Below, one piece after another: positions 29,110-39,043 of a DNA stretch of 64,000 nt (within the stretch, counting starts at the first letter, position 1; every line of letters starts with the position of its first letter). This DNA comes from a virus. Lineage: Duplodnaviria; Heunggongvirae; Uroviricota; Caudoviricetes. The translations under genes were made by a program, and so were the position numbers. The notes under the pieces were generated by a model, which was not told the DNA's origin, ran no database searches, and saw only the letters and a list, made by a program, of their open reading frames with translations. The stretch lies in the IMG/VR virus record IMGVR_UViG_3300045988_009603. The stretch is one strand, 5' to 3'.

Positions 29110-29853
29110 TTAAATTTTCAGGATAGCTCTTAGCTTACTTTCAAGGTCTTCAAGAGTACCATTATTATGGATAATGTCACGCGCATATTTGGTAGAAATT
29201 CCATTTTCTGAAACATGTGATGAAACTTTATCCACATTGTCTCTTTTTACTTCAATAGTTTGGTGTGCAAATCTGCTCAACCACTCAGCTTCAGAGTCAA
29301 ACCTTAAGTCACTGATTAAAACAACACCTTCTTGATTTCTAAGTGAACAAGATTCAAAGAATCGAACCATCCGTTTTTCGAGGTCTTTAGACCAGAACTT
29401 GTCACCCATAACTTTACGGATAACTTCAGTGCCCCAAATCTGTTGAATTTGCCTTGATGAGAATTTATACTTTTTACTAAACCCCAGACGTGTCAATATG
29501 GTCGGTTTAGCGACCTTCTTAAGCTCCATGATTAATCGTCCTGTTAGCTCTGACATAAGTTTAAAGTCCATATGGTAACGTTCATCTCTGAAGGTGAACT
29601 CAATAGCTTCCGTAACTTTAGGCATAAGTTCAGAGTATGATAAATCAAAAACCTGTGGAGTCTCTTTAGTTTCGCCGTAAAGGTCATTCCATGTCAGGTC
29701 AAATATCTTTGATGCAGATAGCTTAAGATTGTCTGCATAGGCCATTACTGCAACATTGTAGCCATACTCATCTTCTAAGATATTCTTGACAATAGAACAT
29801 GAGGTATCCTTTCCAGAACGTGCTTTTCCAGTAAATGCGATAATATTACTCAT
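29110..29853 (-). CDS. deoxynucleoside monophosphate kinase
   Basis: P-loop FTGKARSGKDT typical of T4 gp1-type dNMP kinases. Confidence 0.55.
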   Translation of the reverse strand: MSNIIAFTGKARSGKDTSCSIVKNILEDEYGYNVAVMAYADNLKLSASKIFDLTWNDLYGETKETPQVFDLSYSELMPKVTEAIEFTFRDERYHMDFKLMSELTGRLIMELKKVAKPTILTRLGFSKKYKFSSRQIQQIWGTEVIRKVMGDKFWSKDLEKRMVRFFESCSLRNQEGVVLISDLRFDSEAEWLSRFAHQTIEVKRDNVDKVSSHVSENGISTKYARDIIHNNGTLEDLESKLRAILKI

Positions 29854-29914
29854 TTTATCTCCATTAATTACTAAAAAGCCCCCAATTAAGGAGGCTTGTA
29901 AGGTTTATAAAGAC

Positions 29915-30727
29915 TTAGTGCAGTTGGTCAGTACTAATCTGTGAATACTCTTTTTCAGCCATAGCTGAGACTTGCTTCACAAAATCGTCACCAAAGTGGA
30001 TGCGAAGCTTCTCTTCAATGATTGAAGCGCCAATGTTTACCAAAACATCATTGATTGCTTGCATACTGACACCACCAGTCATCTCCTCAACGAACTCAAT
30101 GGTTACACCCAACATCTGAGAAAGTTGGATTAGTGCAACAATATTCATCATTGTAGAAATAGCTGGAATCATCAGAGCGACCTTCACCTGTAGTGGTTCT
30201 ACATCAGCTACAGAATCATCTTTCACAGCTTCTGCTAAAGAGTCTTTAGTTTGCTGGATAATCTCTTTGATTCGTGGGTTTAACTCTTCTACACCCCAAT
30301 CAAGTTTTTCATATCGTGACAGCTTCTCTTCCATGCGCTTCTCAAGAGCAGCCATAACAGCACTCGTTGACGAAATTAATAGGTCAACTAGCTCATTATT
30401 ACCTAAGAGCAGTAGTGAGTCTTTTTCTTCAGAGGTCATGGCAATATAGTCATTTTTCTGCATCTCATAAAAAATGAACTCTGCAAGGGCATCAACACCT
30501 ACAACGATAGATGCTAAGGCAAGTGTTTTGTCACACAGCATCATGTTAACCTGTTCTGCAAAAGCACCGTTATCAGACTTATCTTTAGGCAAGTTATAGC
30601 TTGCAGGCATAAACTGTTCTGTGTAGTTGTTTCCACGAAGAATCATAGCCATGCTTTCTACGGCATTGATTAAGAATGCTTCGTCAATACCTTTTTCTTT
30701 AAGCATTTGGTCTACAGTAGTGTTCAT
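29915..30727 (-). CDS. hypothetical protein
   Basis: 270 aa ORF. Confidence 0.35.
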   Translation of the reverse strand: MNTTVDQMLKEKGIDEAFLINAVESMAMILRGNNYTEQFMPASYNLPKDKSDNGAFAEQVNMMLCDKTLALASIVVGVDALAEFIFYEMQKNDYIAMTSEEKDSLLLLGNNELVDLLISSTSAVMAALEKRMEEKLSRYEKLDWGVEELNPRIKEIIQQTKDSLAEAVKDDSVADVEPLQVKVALMIPAISTMMNIVALIQLSQMLGVTIEFVEEMTGGVSMQAINDVLVNIGASIIEEKLRIHFGDDFVKQVSAMAEKEYSQISTDQLH

Positions 30728-30728
30728 A

Positions 30729-31151
30729 TTATTTCTCTCTCAGTTGGTTAAGTTTCTTTCTAGAACATTTTAAGTTTTCTGATGAAGAAAAGTCAAGTGT
30801 CTTTTCAGAACGTGGATAGTAATGTCTATCCCAAGAAGTTTCAACATCGTTAATCAGTGACGCTAGATTACACAGGTCTGTACCACTTTGCAACCTCTTT
30901 TTAAGAGAATCTAGTAAAGCAACTGTATCTTTAGCTTTACGCCTTGCTGTAGCAACATCTTTCATATGCTCAAATACAGAGCATTTTAAGTCATCTTCAT
31001 AGTTTTCAGACAACTCTATTTCATGTTGTATATCAACCATCCTCCTGTGATGGTGAGCATATTCCCGTTGAGCAGCAATGTCAAGTTCTTCCAACTTCTG
31101 CAAAGCTCTAACAAAGTCAGCTATGTCTGGGTGAACAAACATTTTCTGCAT
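30729..31151 (-). CDS. hypothetical protein (first gene of minus-strand operon)
   Basis: 140 aa; adjacent to divergent intergenic region. Confidence 0.35.
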   Translation of the reverse strand: MQKMFVHPDIADFVRALQKLEELDIAAQREYAHHHRRMVDIQHEIELSENYEDDLKCSVFEHMKDVATARRKAKDTVALLDSLKKRLQSGTDLCNLASLINDVETSWDRHYYPRSEKTLDFSSSENLKCSRKKLNQLREK

Positions 31152-31407
31152 GTAAGCCTCTTTTAAGTAACTATTAAGTTTTAATCTTTTATCTTAACGT
31201 ATTCTATACGTTATACTTTAAAGCTTTTTAAAAGCTATTAAATAATCTTTTAAGAGTTTTAAAGTAACTGTATAGTTAAACTGTTAAGTAACCTTTTAAG
31301 TAAAAACCCACTTCGCAAAGATTAACACCTTGTCAAGTACATTGTCAACTTGCTTTTTATAATTTTTTGCAGTAATGTATGAGGTTAATGAATTAGAGGG
31401 AGTACAA

Positions 31408-33550
31408 ATGGAAAACGTAGATTTTAAAAACTTACACTTAGTTGGTGATACAGAAACTGATGGTTTACTCCTTGAGTTCACTAAAGTCCACGTCATGGCT
31501 TTCGCAGACTATAAATCTGACGATGAAGAGCCACCTGTATGGGTCTTTACAGATGAGCCTATCCTCGGTCACAAGTATACCAAGTACATTAAAGGTGGTT
31601 TGCGTGAAGGTATTGAGTTTGCGTTAAAGGCAAAACGGCTTTGCATCCATAATGGTCTGGGGTATGACTGGTGGGTTTTCAATCACATTGCACCTGATTT
31701 GTGGAACTTTGATAATCCAAAGTGTAAGCCGTGGAGTAATTTCTTTCAGGATTCTCTTATCCAGTCTCGTGTTCAGTGGATGGATAGACCAACTCCAAAA
31801 GGCTATAAAGGTGCTCATGGCTTGGCAGCATGGGGTGCTCGTGTTGGTGTACGTAAACCAGAGATTGAACATTGGGGTGTGTGGAATGCAGAAATCTTCA
31901 CTCGTGTTGTAGAGGATATCCGTATTAACGCCAAAACTAAACGAGCACTGGATAATGAATATCTCAAGTTAAAGAAGTGTGGTATAGACACTTATGAAAC
32001 CTATATGCGAGCTAAAGAGACATCTTTCTGGATGAGTCAACAAGCTATTAATGGTTGGAAAGCTGATAAGGAGCTTATGGAGTTCCATGTAAAGGAACTT
32101 GACAAGTTGACTAATGAGCTTGCTTCAGAAGTTGAACCACACCTTCCACCAACTATTAAGACCAAAGGTAAAGTCACTGGAGAAGAGTTTGCAAAAGCTT
32201 GGAATGAGTATGTTGAAGCGTTTGGTCATGCAGATGGACTGAAAAGAATTACCAAGTACCCTAAGACAAAGTATCGTCAGCAGGTACGTAACGGTGAGAT
32301 GCAGACATATGAAATCAAGCCATTTGGTAAGCCAACTACAAAGATTTTTAACATTGAAAAGCGGAATTGCTATACACCAACCAACACTGTAACTGGCGAA
32401 GAGTACAAAGAAGGTTTTGTAGCAATGAAGGATGCTCGTGCAATTTGCAATGAGTTGAATGCAAAGATTGGTAAGAAATGCAAAGACTGGAAGCCAGTAA
32501 AAACAGTCAAAACTGTGAAGTACTATAACAGTCACGTTGTTAACCACTTTGAACTTGAGTCAAGTCGCTACACAGGATTGATTGATGCACCATATACACC
32601 AATTGAGTTTGAAGTTTCTCGTATGACTCAGGTAGCAGTTGTTAAAGACTACTTGAAATCAGTTGGTTGGATTCCAGATGACTGGAACTACAAGAAAGAC
32701 TCAGACGGTCGCCCTGTCAAAGTTTGTCGTTTCAAAGACAATAAAAAGATGATTACAAAGCATCCTAAGTGGCAGGAGATGGTTGAGCGTTGTGGATTGA
32801 GCTATGTTGAACATGAAGGTGTACAGTACATTGAGCATAACTGGTCTGTGAAGAAGTACACAGATTTGCTTGAACCTTGTCTGATTAGGACTTCACCAAA
32901 ACTTACTGAATCATCTTATGATACGATTGAAGGTGAGCTTGGACAGAAGATTGCTAAGTACTACACTTTGATGCACCGACGCAGAACTATTGAGAACTCA
33001 AAGGATGATGAAAAAGGTTGGTTGAACCAGATTCGTCCTGATGGTCGCCTTAGTGCTGGCGCAATGGTGTTTGGTACTTCAACTGGACGTATGACACAAT
33101 ATGGTATTGTAAACGTACCGTCTGGCGCTGCTGTCTATGGAGCACCCATGAGGGAAGTTTGGACTTGTGAAGAGGGTACTAATATTGTTTCAGCCGACAT
33201 GAATAGCGCCCAACTTGTGCTACTGTGTAACTTTATGGGTGATAAAGATTTCACTAAAGCGGTGACAGAGGGTAAAGAAGAGGTTGAGTTTGTTAAACAA
33301 GATGATGGTAGATACTATTGCAAACATTTTGACCAGTATCTAAACCCAGCTATTGACAAGTATTTACATTATGATTCGGAAAATGACTTATACGTGGTGT
33401 ACTCAGGGACTGATGCACATACTTTAAATAGTATCTACTTCAGTCTTAATAAAGAGGAAGACATCTTGACGTGTCGAGCTACTCAGGATACAAATCTTCT
33501 TCAAGAAATTAGTAAAGGTCGTAAGAAAGCCAAAAATGGCATTTATGCGT
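31408..33550 (+). CDS. DNA polymerase (family A), exon 1
   Basis: GAGGGAG RBS before ATG 31408; 3'-5' exo motif VGDTETDGL; motif A IVSADMNSAQL; start of motif B RKKAKNGIYA; exon end set by intron P1 pairing. Confidence 0.75.
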
Positions 33551-34354
33551 CAGTGGCGCATGTAAAACGTTGTGAATTGCTGGAAGCCTAAGTCTGTAAA
33601 GATATGGTAATCAGCAGCGAAGTCTCTGTTAGGACTCCTAAAACAAAGGAGAGAGAGACAATGGCAGGTTACGAAGAGAGATTATGCACTGAGTGTGGCA
33701 CGGAGTTTAAACCATACCAATACAATCAGAAACGGTGCAGAAGCTGTGTATTAAAATTTGACAGAAGGGCAGAACACAGGGTTCTTACTAAGAAATGCCC
33801 TAGCTGCGAGAAGGTGTTCATGCCGAGAACAGCAAGGCAAGTTTATTGCTCTTCACATTGCGGTGAGAAAGGTAGAGTTAAAAATTACTACCTAAGAACA
33901 TATGGCTTGGAAAGGGAAGAGGTTGAAGCTCTACTCCGCAACTGTGATTACAAATGTCAAATTTGTGGCGGTGAAGGTTTTATCATGAATGGTTCACGAC
34001 ACAAGGCTAAACTTGTTGTTGACCATGACCACAAAACCGGAAAGGTAAGAGGTATGCTATGCCACAATTGCAACAGAGCTTTGGGGTTGCTTGCAGATAG
34101 CGTTGATAATATGCAAAGAGCAATTGACTACCTAAGCAAATAATATAATTGTAGAGATTCCTAACAGAGAAACGTTCAGAGACTATCGAAAAGCATACTT
34201 AACGTATGAACTGAGTAGAGTAGGGTGGTAAGCTAATGACCATCCCCAAGTGCAACGGTAGCACCAATGCTACGTGATATAGTCCGACACTCCGTAGAAA
34301 TGCGGAGAAGTTCATAAGAGAACTGGTACACCTTGCGAGTGTATTGACCAGATG
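33551..34354 (+). mobile_element. group I intron in DNA polymerase gene with HNH endonuclease ORF
   Basis: P (GAATTGCTGGAA 33574-85), Q (AATCAGCAGC 33609-18), R (GTTCAGAGACTA 34174-85), S (GATATAGTCC 34276-85); P1 exon ATGCGT pairs intron GCGCAT; ends in G 34354; exon lengths sum to 2700 nt. Confidence 0.75.
33661..34143 (+). CDS. intron-encoded HNH endonuclease
   Basis: AAGGAGAGAG RBS; Cys-rich N-terminus; VVDHDHKTGKVRGMLCHNCNRALG HNH core. Confidence 0.7.
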   Translation: MAGYEERLCTECGTEFKPYQYNQKRCRSCVLKFDRRAEHRVLTKKCPSCEKVFMPRTARQVYCSSHCGEKGRVKNYYLRTYGLEREEVEALLRNCDYKCQICGGEGFIMNGSRHKAKLVVDHDHKTGKVRGMLCHNCNRALGLLADSVDNMQRAIDYLSK

Positions 34355-34911
34355 TATTGTTCGGGGCTGGCGATGAGAAATTTGCTAAGACGATTAAAGC
34401 ATCTACAACTGAGGAAGGTGCTTTAACTAAGCAAACATACTTTGTACGCCTCCCTAAAATTAAGAAGTTGATAGATGATTTAGAAGCAGACTTCAAAGCC
34501 ACTAAGAAGGCTCTTGAAGAGGTATTTGGTAAGACTGCTGCAATCTCTAAAGGGGGGTTTGTAAAGGTTGCTGGAGCTTGGTTGTGGTGCAAATCTCCAC
34601 ATAAGTTATTGAATTATTTGCTCATGGGTTCGGAAAGTCAGGTTCAGAATGAAGCCATCAACCTTGCTTGTAGAAGAACTTGTGAAGAAGGTCTTACAAA
34701 GTTGAATGGTCGAAAACCAGCTATTGGTGCTAGATTGCTTTTGGCATATCACGATGAGAATAGTTGGGAGTGTCCAGAAGACATGACGCAGGATGTTAAA
34801 GCAGTAATTGACTGGATGTATGGTCAAGCATCAAGAAATTTAGGGCTTAAGGAGGAAACTCTTGTAACTGGCACTGGTAAAGTTGGTAAAAATTGGCTTG
34901 AGGTACACTGA
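34355..34911 (+). CDS. DNA polymerase (family A), exon 2
   Basis: Completes motif B (LFGAGDEKFAKTI) and carries motif C YHDE; tracked ORF at 34357 begins on a TTG, not an independent gene. Confidence 0.75.
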
Positions 34912-34917
34912 TTAGTA

Positions 34918-34946
34918 TTGACAAGGTGCTCATGGAAGAGTACCTT
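34918..34946 (+). promoter_or_regulatory. possible sigma70-like promoter (TTGACA-N17-TACCTT)
   Basis: Perfect -35 hexamer, weak -10, upstream of gene at 34973. Confidence 0.25.
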
Positions 34947-34972
34947 ATACAATATCTTATATAGGAGGGCTT

Positions 34973-35182
34973 ATGAGCCACCGTGGAAGAACCCATGCAG
35001 CGATGATGAAAGGTGCTTCAAAGGAAACTATCAAGAATCGTAAACAGAAGTTGTTTGAGAGGATGAACAGGTTAATTGACAATTCATCTCTGTCAGGTTC
35101 TGAGAAGGTTTTCTTGAAAGGTAATCTGAAAAGCATTGCACAAGAGCTTATTGATATTGAATATTGGAGACACCAAAAATGA
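34973..35182 (+). CDS. hypothetical protein
   Basis: 69 aa; AGGAGG RBS. Confidence 0.4.
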   Translation: MSHRGRTHAAMMKGASKETIKNRKQKLFERMNRLIDNSSLSGSEKVFLKGNLKSIAQELIDIEYWRHQK

Positions 35183-35397
35183 AACTTGCAGATGTTATCC
35201 AACAACTTCACGACAACTGCTACACTCCAGAGTTGATTCAAGAGATGCTTATTGTGGTGATGCCTAGTAAGTTCTTAAAAGGTTTTAATCGTGAGGCTTT
35301 AAAGGTCGCGCATATCCTTATCGTTGACGGTAAGATTGCAAGAGACCGTACAGGTGTTCTTAAGGGTGAACGTATTGATATCTTGGAATTGCTATGA
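35179..35397 (+). CDS. hypothetical protein
   Basis: Start at ATG 35179 (GGAGA RBS); overlaps upstream stop. Confidence 0.4.
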   Translation: MKLADVIQQLHDNCYTPELIQEMLIVVMPSKFLKGFNREALKVAHILIVDGKIARDRTGVLKGERIDILELL

Positions 35398-35570
35398 ATA
35401 AGTTATATAGTCTCTGGGGAAGGATGGGTAAAGATTCTGACTGGAATCTGCTCAAAACAAATGTAAAAAGTAATGAGATAGCGTACTACAAAATTCATTA
35501 CTACAAAACTTTCAGAGAGCTTGAGTATCGTGAACAACAGACAGGAGAAGTATTATGTGGAAATCAGTAA
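35394..35570 (+). CDS. hypothetical small protein
   Basis: 58 aa ORF below track cutoff; ATGA start/stop overlap with upstream gene. Confidence 0.3.
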   Translation: MNKLYSLWGRMGKDSDWNLLKTNVKSNEIAYYKIHYYKTFRELEYREQQTGEVLCGNQ

Positions 35571-35800
35571 TTGTGCTTGGTGTTATTTTTCTAGCTGGCT
35601 GCAACCCTTCTTATGAAGATAAAAATGCTTCTTATAGTCTCCCACCAGAGATGCAAGATTGTAAAGTCTATAAGCTAAATGGTGATACTATAAGCAGGGA
35701 TATTGTTGTTGTCAGATGCCCCAACTCTCAAACAACAACATCTTATAGATATGGCAAAAATGGTCAATCTCACACCACTGTTATTGATGGAGGGTACTGA
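35555..35800 (+). CDS. putative lipoprotein
   Basis: Signal peptide with lipobox FLAGC; AGGAGAAG RBS. Confidence 0.4.
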   Translation: MWKSVIVLGVIFLAGCNPSYEDKNASYSLPPEMQDCKVYKLNGDTISRDIVVVRCPNSQTTTSYRYGKNGQSHTTVIDGGY

Positions 35801-35801
35801 T

Positions 35802-36008
35802 ATGCAAATTTTAGTAAACTATATCTATTGCTACGATGTTGTTTATTCCACTGCAACCGTGGCCCAACAAAACCCAATAGTACCACGAGAGGGTGAATGG
35901 GTTCGTATTGATGGTTGGACTTACACTGTGGAGAGTATTACTCACAAGTTTGATGTTGCTGGTGATGTTCAAGTTATCGACGTAGAGATTGGTGGTAAGA
36001 GAAAATGA
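35802..36008 (+). CDS. hypothetical protein
   Basis: Start at ATG 35802 with GGAGGG RBS; tracked 35703 start overlaps lipoprotein gene. Confidence 0.35.
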   Translation: MQILVNYIYCYDVVYSTATVAQQNPIVPREGEWVRIDGWTYTVESITHKFDVAGDVQVIDVEIGGKRK

Positions 36009-36223
36009 CTGTAGAAGACAAATTTAAGAACGCAGTTCTTACAGAAGATGGTGAGCTTGAAACATTCATTCTCCGTGTTGATGGTAAACTATTCCGGTGT
36101 CGTTGTGGGTCAAACTGTTTTCATAAACCAGATAAAAATGACTTAGAGCTTTACGCATGTAATGCTTGTTACACTTGGTATCACTCAGAGGTTAAAAATG
36201 ACAATTCTGTACAAACAAAATAA
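36005..36223 (+). CDS. small Cys-rich (zinc-ribbon-like) protein
   Basis: CRCGSNC...CNAC cysteine pattern. Confidence 0.35.
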   Translation: MTVEDKFKNAVLTEDGELETFILRVDGKLFRCRCGSNCFHKPDKNDLELYACNACYTWYHSEVKNDNSVQTK

Positions 36224-37301
36224 AGATGGTTCTTTCAATGTCTGGTCATGTGTCGCTGTAGGTGACAAAGTTATTACAACCTATGGTAAAGAAAATGGCA
36301 AGATGATGTTTGAAGAGTATACAGCAGAACCTAAAAACATCGGTAAAAAGAATGAGCGTAACGCTGGACAGCAAGCTCTCTTTGAAGTTTCTGCTAAGTA
36401 CAAGAAACAAGTAGACCGTAAAGGTTATGCTTACACAAAAGAGTCTGCACAGAATACTGAGAAGGTAGGTGTACAGCTTGCTCATGATGCTGCAAAGGTT
36501 AGTCATGCAAAGTATCTGAAGTTCCCTGCTGATGCTCAACCAAAACTTGATGGTGTACGTTGTAGGATTTCAAGGCACTTAAGTATTGGCAGTGTATTCA
36601 CAGCATACTCTCGTGAAAATACTGTTTACAAAATCCCTACTGAACTAATACCTGACATTATGGCAATGTTAAGGCTCCACAAAGATGTTGATGAATTTGA
36701 TGGAGAGATTTATGCTCATGGGTGGGACTTAGAAGATATTGTCTCTATGATTAAAAATGAAGACAATCCTGACAGACACTTGCTCAAATTTTACTGGTAT
36801 GATATCTGTGACAGTACTAAGACGTGGCCTGAGCGTAGAGATATTATTGAGACTTCACCATTGAATGACTTTAGAGATGGCTGTAAAGTTATCCCTGTTA
36901 AGTCTCGTCGTGTAAATTCTTGGGAAGAGTTTGATGAAGCTCATGATAAGTGGGTTGAAGCTCAGTTTGAAGGTGCAATGTACCGTTCAATCTCTGAAGA
37001 CTCATTCTATGAGTGTTGTCACCGTTCATACTTCTTGATTAAGCACAAGAAGATGCACACTGAAGAGTTTAAAGTGACTGGTGTAAAGACCGATAAACGT
37101 GGTCATGGCAAGTTTGTTGTAGAGACTCTCCCTAACGTCTTTGTAGATGTCTCATGGAAGACTACTCATGAGAAGAAACAGTATCTTGCTGAACATCCTG
37201 AAGAGTTTATCGGGAAGCCTTTAACGGTTCAGTTCCAGAAGATGACTCGTAAGGGTTCTTTACAGTTCCCTGTCGGGCTAGTTATTAGGGATTATGAATA
37301 A
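36198..37301 (+). CDS. ATP-dependent DNA ligase
   Basis: Adenylation motif I KLDGVR (AQPKLDGVRCRI); GAGG RBS; ~367 aa typical of phage ligases. Confidence 0.7.
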   Translation: MTILYKQNKDGSFNVWSCVAVGDKVITTYGKENGKMMFEEYTAEPKNIGKKNERNAGQQALFEVSAKYKKQVDRKGYAYTKESAQNTEKVGVQLAHDAAKVSHAKYLKFPADAQPKLDGVRCRISRHLSIGSVFTAYSRENTVYKIPTELIPDIMAMLRLHKDVDEFDGEIYAHGWDLEDIVSMIKNEDNPDRHLLKFYWYDICDSTKTWPERRDIIETSPLNDFRDGCKVIPVKSRRVNSWEEFDEAHDKWVEAQFEGAMYRSISEDSFYECCHRSYFLIKHKKMHTEEFKVTGVKTDKRGHGKFVVETLPNVFVDVSWKTTHEKKQYLAEHPEEFIGKPLTVQFQKMTRKGSLQFPVGLVIRDYE

Positions 37302-37304
37302 ACT

Positions 37305-37451
37305 ATGTTCAGTACAGTCATTCTGTTTATACTGGTTGTCTTTGTATTGTCATACGTTGCAAGTAAGCTTTTGGACACATCTTTTGCAATGGGTGTCTTG
37401 TTTACAATCTTTTGTTTCGTGACACATATAGCTATCAGGACTTTTATATAA
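37305..37451 (+). CDS. small hydrophobic membrane protein
   Basis: 48 aa ORF starting 4 nt after ligase stop; two hydrophobic helices; preferred over antisense tracked ORF 37292..37522. Confidence 0.3.
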   Translation: MFSTVILFILVVFVLSYVASKLLDTSFAMGVLFTIFCFVTHIAIRTFI

Positions 37452-37458
37452 AAAGCTG

Positions 37459-37486
37459 TTGACATAGAAAATTTGGTGAGTATACT
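37459..37486 (+). promoter_or_regulatory. sigma70-like promoter TTGACA-N16-TATACT, -10 embedded in inverted repeat GGTGAGTA / TACTCACC
   Basis: Perfect -35, near-consensus -10; 8 bp inverted repeat arms at 37476-37483 and 37506-37513. Confidence 0.5.
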
Positions 37487-37517
37487 GAGCAGCATAAACC
37501 AACAGGTACTCACCAGC

Positions 37518-37667
37518 ATCACTTAAGAGTCTTTCTAAGAGGGTTTTTAAGTGATGTGTAGCTCGGTCAGGTATGGTGCGGTGGTGTAAGGTGGTGTCAG
37601 GTGTAGTATGGTGCGGTGATGTGAGGTATGGGTAGTTAGTCTCAGCTACATTAAAATGAGACTTACC
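37518..37667 (+). repeat. composite repeat unit copy 1 (T-rich palindromic box, C-depleted GGT-rich tract, conserved-loop hairpin)
   Basis: ATCACTTAA...TTAAGTGAT box 37518-37555; GGT-rich tract 37564-37635; hairpin AGTCTCA-GCTACATTAAAA-TGAGACT 37631-37667. Confidence 0.6.
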
Positions 37668-37670
37668 TTT

Positions 37671-37786
37671 TTAAAAGGCCTTTTAAGAGGGTCTTTTAAT
37701 GAGGTGGGGTGGTGTAAGGTGGTGTAAGGTCTGGTTCGGTGTGTCGCGGTATGGGTGGATGGTAGTAGCCACGTTAAAAATCTACC
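37671..37786 (+). repeat. composite repeat unit copy 2
   Basis: Palindrome TTAAAAGGCCTTTTAA, box CCTTTTAAGAGGGTCTTTTAATG, GGT-rich tract, hairpin GGTAG-TAGCCACGTTAAAAAT-CTACC. Confidence 0.6.
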
Positions 37787-37793
37787 AAGTTTC

Positions 37794-37821
37794 TAAAGAG
37801 TCTTCTGTTGAGGGTTCTTTA
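37794..37821 (+). repeat. partial third copy of T-rich box directly upstream of gene 37863
   Basis: TAAAGAGTCTTCTGTTGAGGGTTCTTTA resembles TTAAGAGTCTTTCTAAGAGGGTTTTTAA. Confidence 0.45.
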
Positions 37822-37844
37822 CAAACAACTTAACAATCAACTAA

Positions 37845-38450
<606 letters not shown>

Positions 38451-38452
38451 TT

Positions 38453-38893
38453 ATGAATACAAAAGCATTAGCAGCAAAGTTTAGTTACGGTGACACTGTA
38501 TCACATTCTGAGATGGACACCTTCTTAGGTATTGTGAAGCCAACTTATCAAGGTGACATTGTTAAGTACGAAGATGAAATGAAGGCTTATGCGCTTACAC
38601 GTCTAAACCGACTTGAAAAGTTTATTGAAAAACTTCTTAAAGAAGAGAAGATTTATCTGGTTGCTTCAATGGGTGTTGGTTATCGTGTGGTTGAACCTAA
38701 GCATCAAGCAACTATTGCAAAACGCAAAATGTCTGGTAAGATTGGTCGTGCTTTAAAGCAAGCCACTCAAGCGATTGAGAATGTGAACACTATGGCACTT
38801 AGTCATCAAGAACGTTCACGACTGATTGAACAGCAAAATCACTTAGCTGCTATGAAAGCTAATATTAACAAGCAACGCAGAAAACCTTTCTAA
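38453..38893 (+). CDS. hypothetical protein (cassette gene 2)
   Basis: 146 aa; charged/helical, basic C-terminus; no recognised motif. Confidence 0.5.
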   Translation: MNTKALAAKFSYGDTVSHSEMDTFLGIVKPTYQGDIVKYEDEMKAYALTRLNRLEKFIEKLLKEEKIYLVASMGVGYRVVEPKHQATIAKRKMSGKIGRALKQATQAIENVNTMALSHQERSRLIEQQNHLAAMKANINKQRRKPF

Positions 38894-38904
38894 GTTGACT
38901 AGGT

Positions 38905-38927
38905 AGCCTCTTCGGAGGCTCCTTTTT
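38905..38927 (+). terminator. intrinsic terminator (AGCCTC-TTCG-GAGGCT plus T-run)
   Basis: 6 bp stem, UUCG loop, CCTTTTT tail directly after cassette gene 2. Confidence 0.6.
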
Positions 38928-39041
38928 AAAAGGTCTTTAAACAGGGTCTTTTAACAAGGCTTAGCTTGGTTAGGTATGGTAAGGTGGTGTTTGGTGTTGT
39001 AAGGTATGGGTAGTTAATCGGAGCTACATAAAAATTCGATT
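38928..39041 (+). repeat. composite repeat unit copy 3
   Basis: Box AAAAGGTCTTTAAACAGGGTCTTTTAAC, GGT-rich tract 38961-39013, hairpin AATCG-GAGCTACATAAAAATT-CGATT 39016-39041. Confidence 0.6.
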
Positions 39042-39043
39042 AC

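Noticed and set aside
31375-31407. Polymerase start at the tracked upstream ATG (31375)
   Set aside because: The ATG at 31408 is preceded by a GAGGGAG Shine-Dalgarno at proper spacing; the upstream ATG has none.
31442-32547. Plus- and minus-strand ORFs inside polymerase exon 1 (31442..31627, 31624..31872, 31652..31912, 32125..32547)
   Set aside because: Alternative-frame or antisense ORFs within a gene supported by exonuclease and polymerase motifs; no independent signals.
34233-34592. 119 aa minus-strand ORF spanning the intron 3' region and start of polymerase exon 2
   Set aside because: Overlaps conserved intron core elements (S element) and the polymerase coding frame on the opposite strand; no start signal.
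34357-34911. Independent 184 aa gene starting on TTG at 34357
   Set aside because: The frame is the continuation of polymerase motif B (FGAGDEK) and carries motif C YHDE; it is exon 2 joined by the group I intron, not a separate gene.
37292-37522. 76 aa minus-strand ORF overlapping the ligase stop and the downstream promoter
   Set aside because: Opposite to local gene polarity and spans the TTGACA-N16-TATACT promoter; the plus-strand 48-codon membrane ORF 37305-37451 fits better, though itself uncertain.
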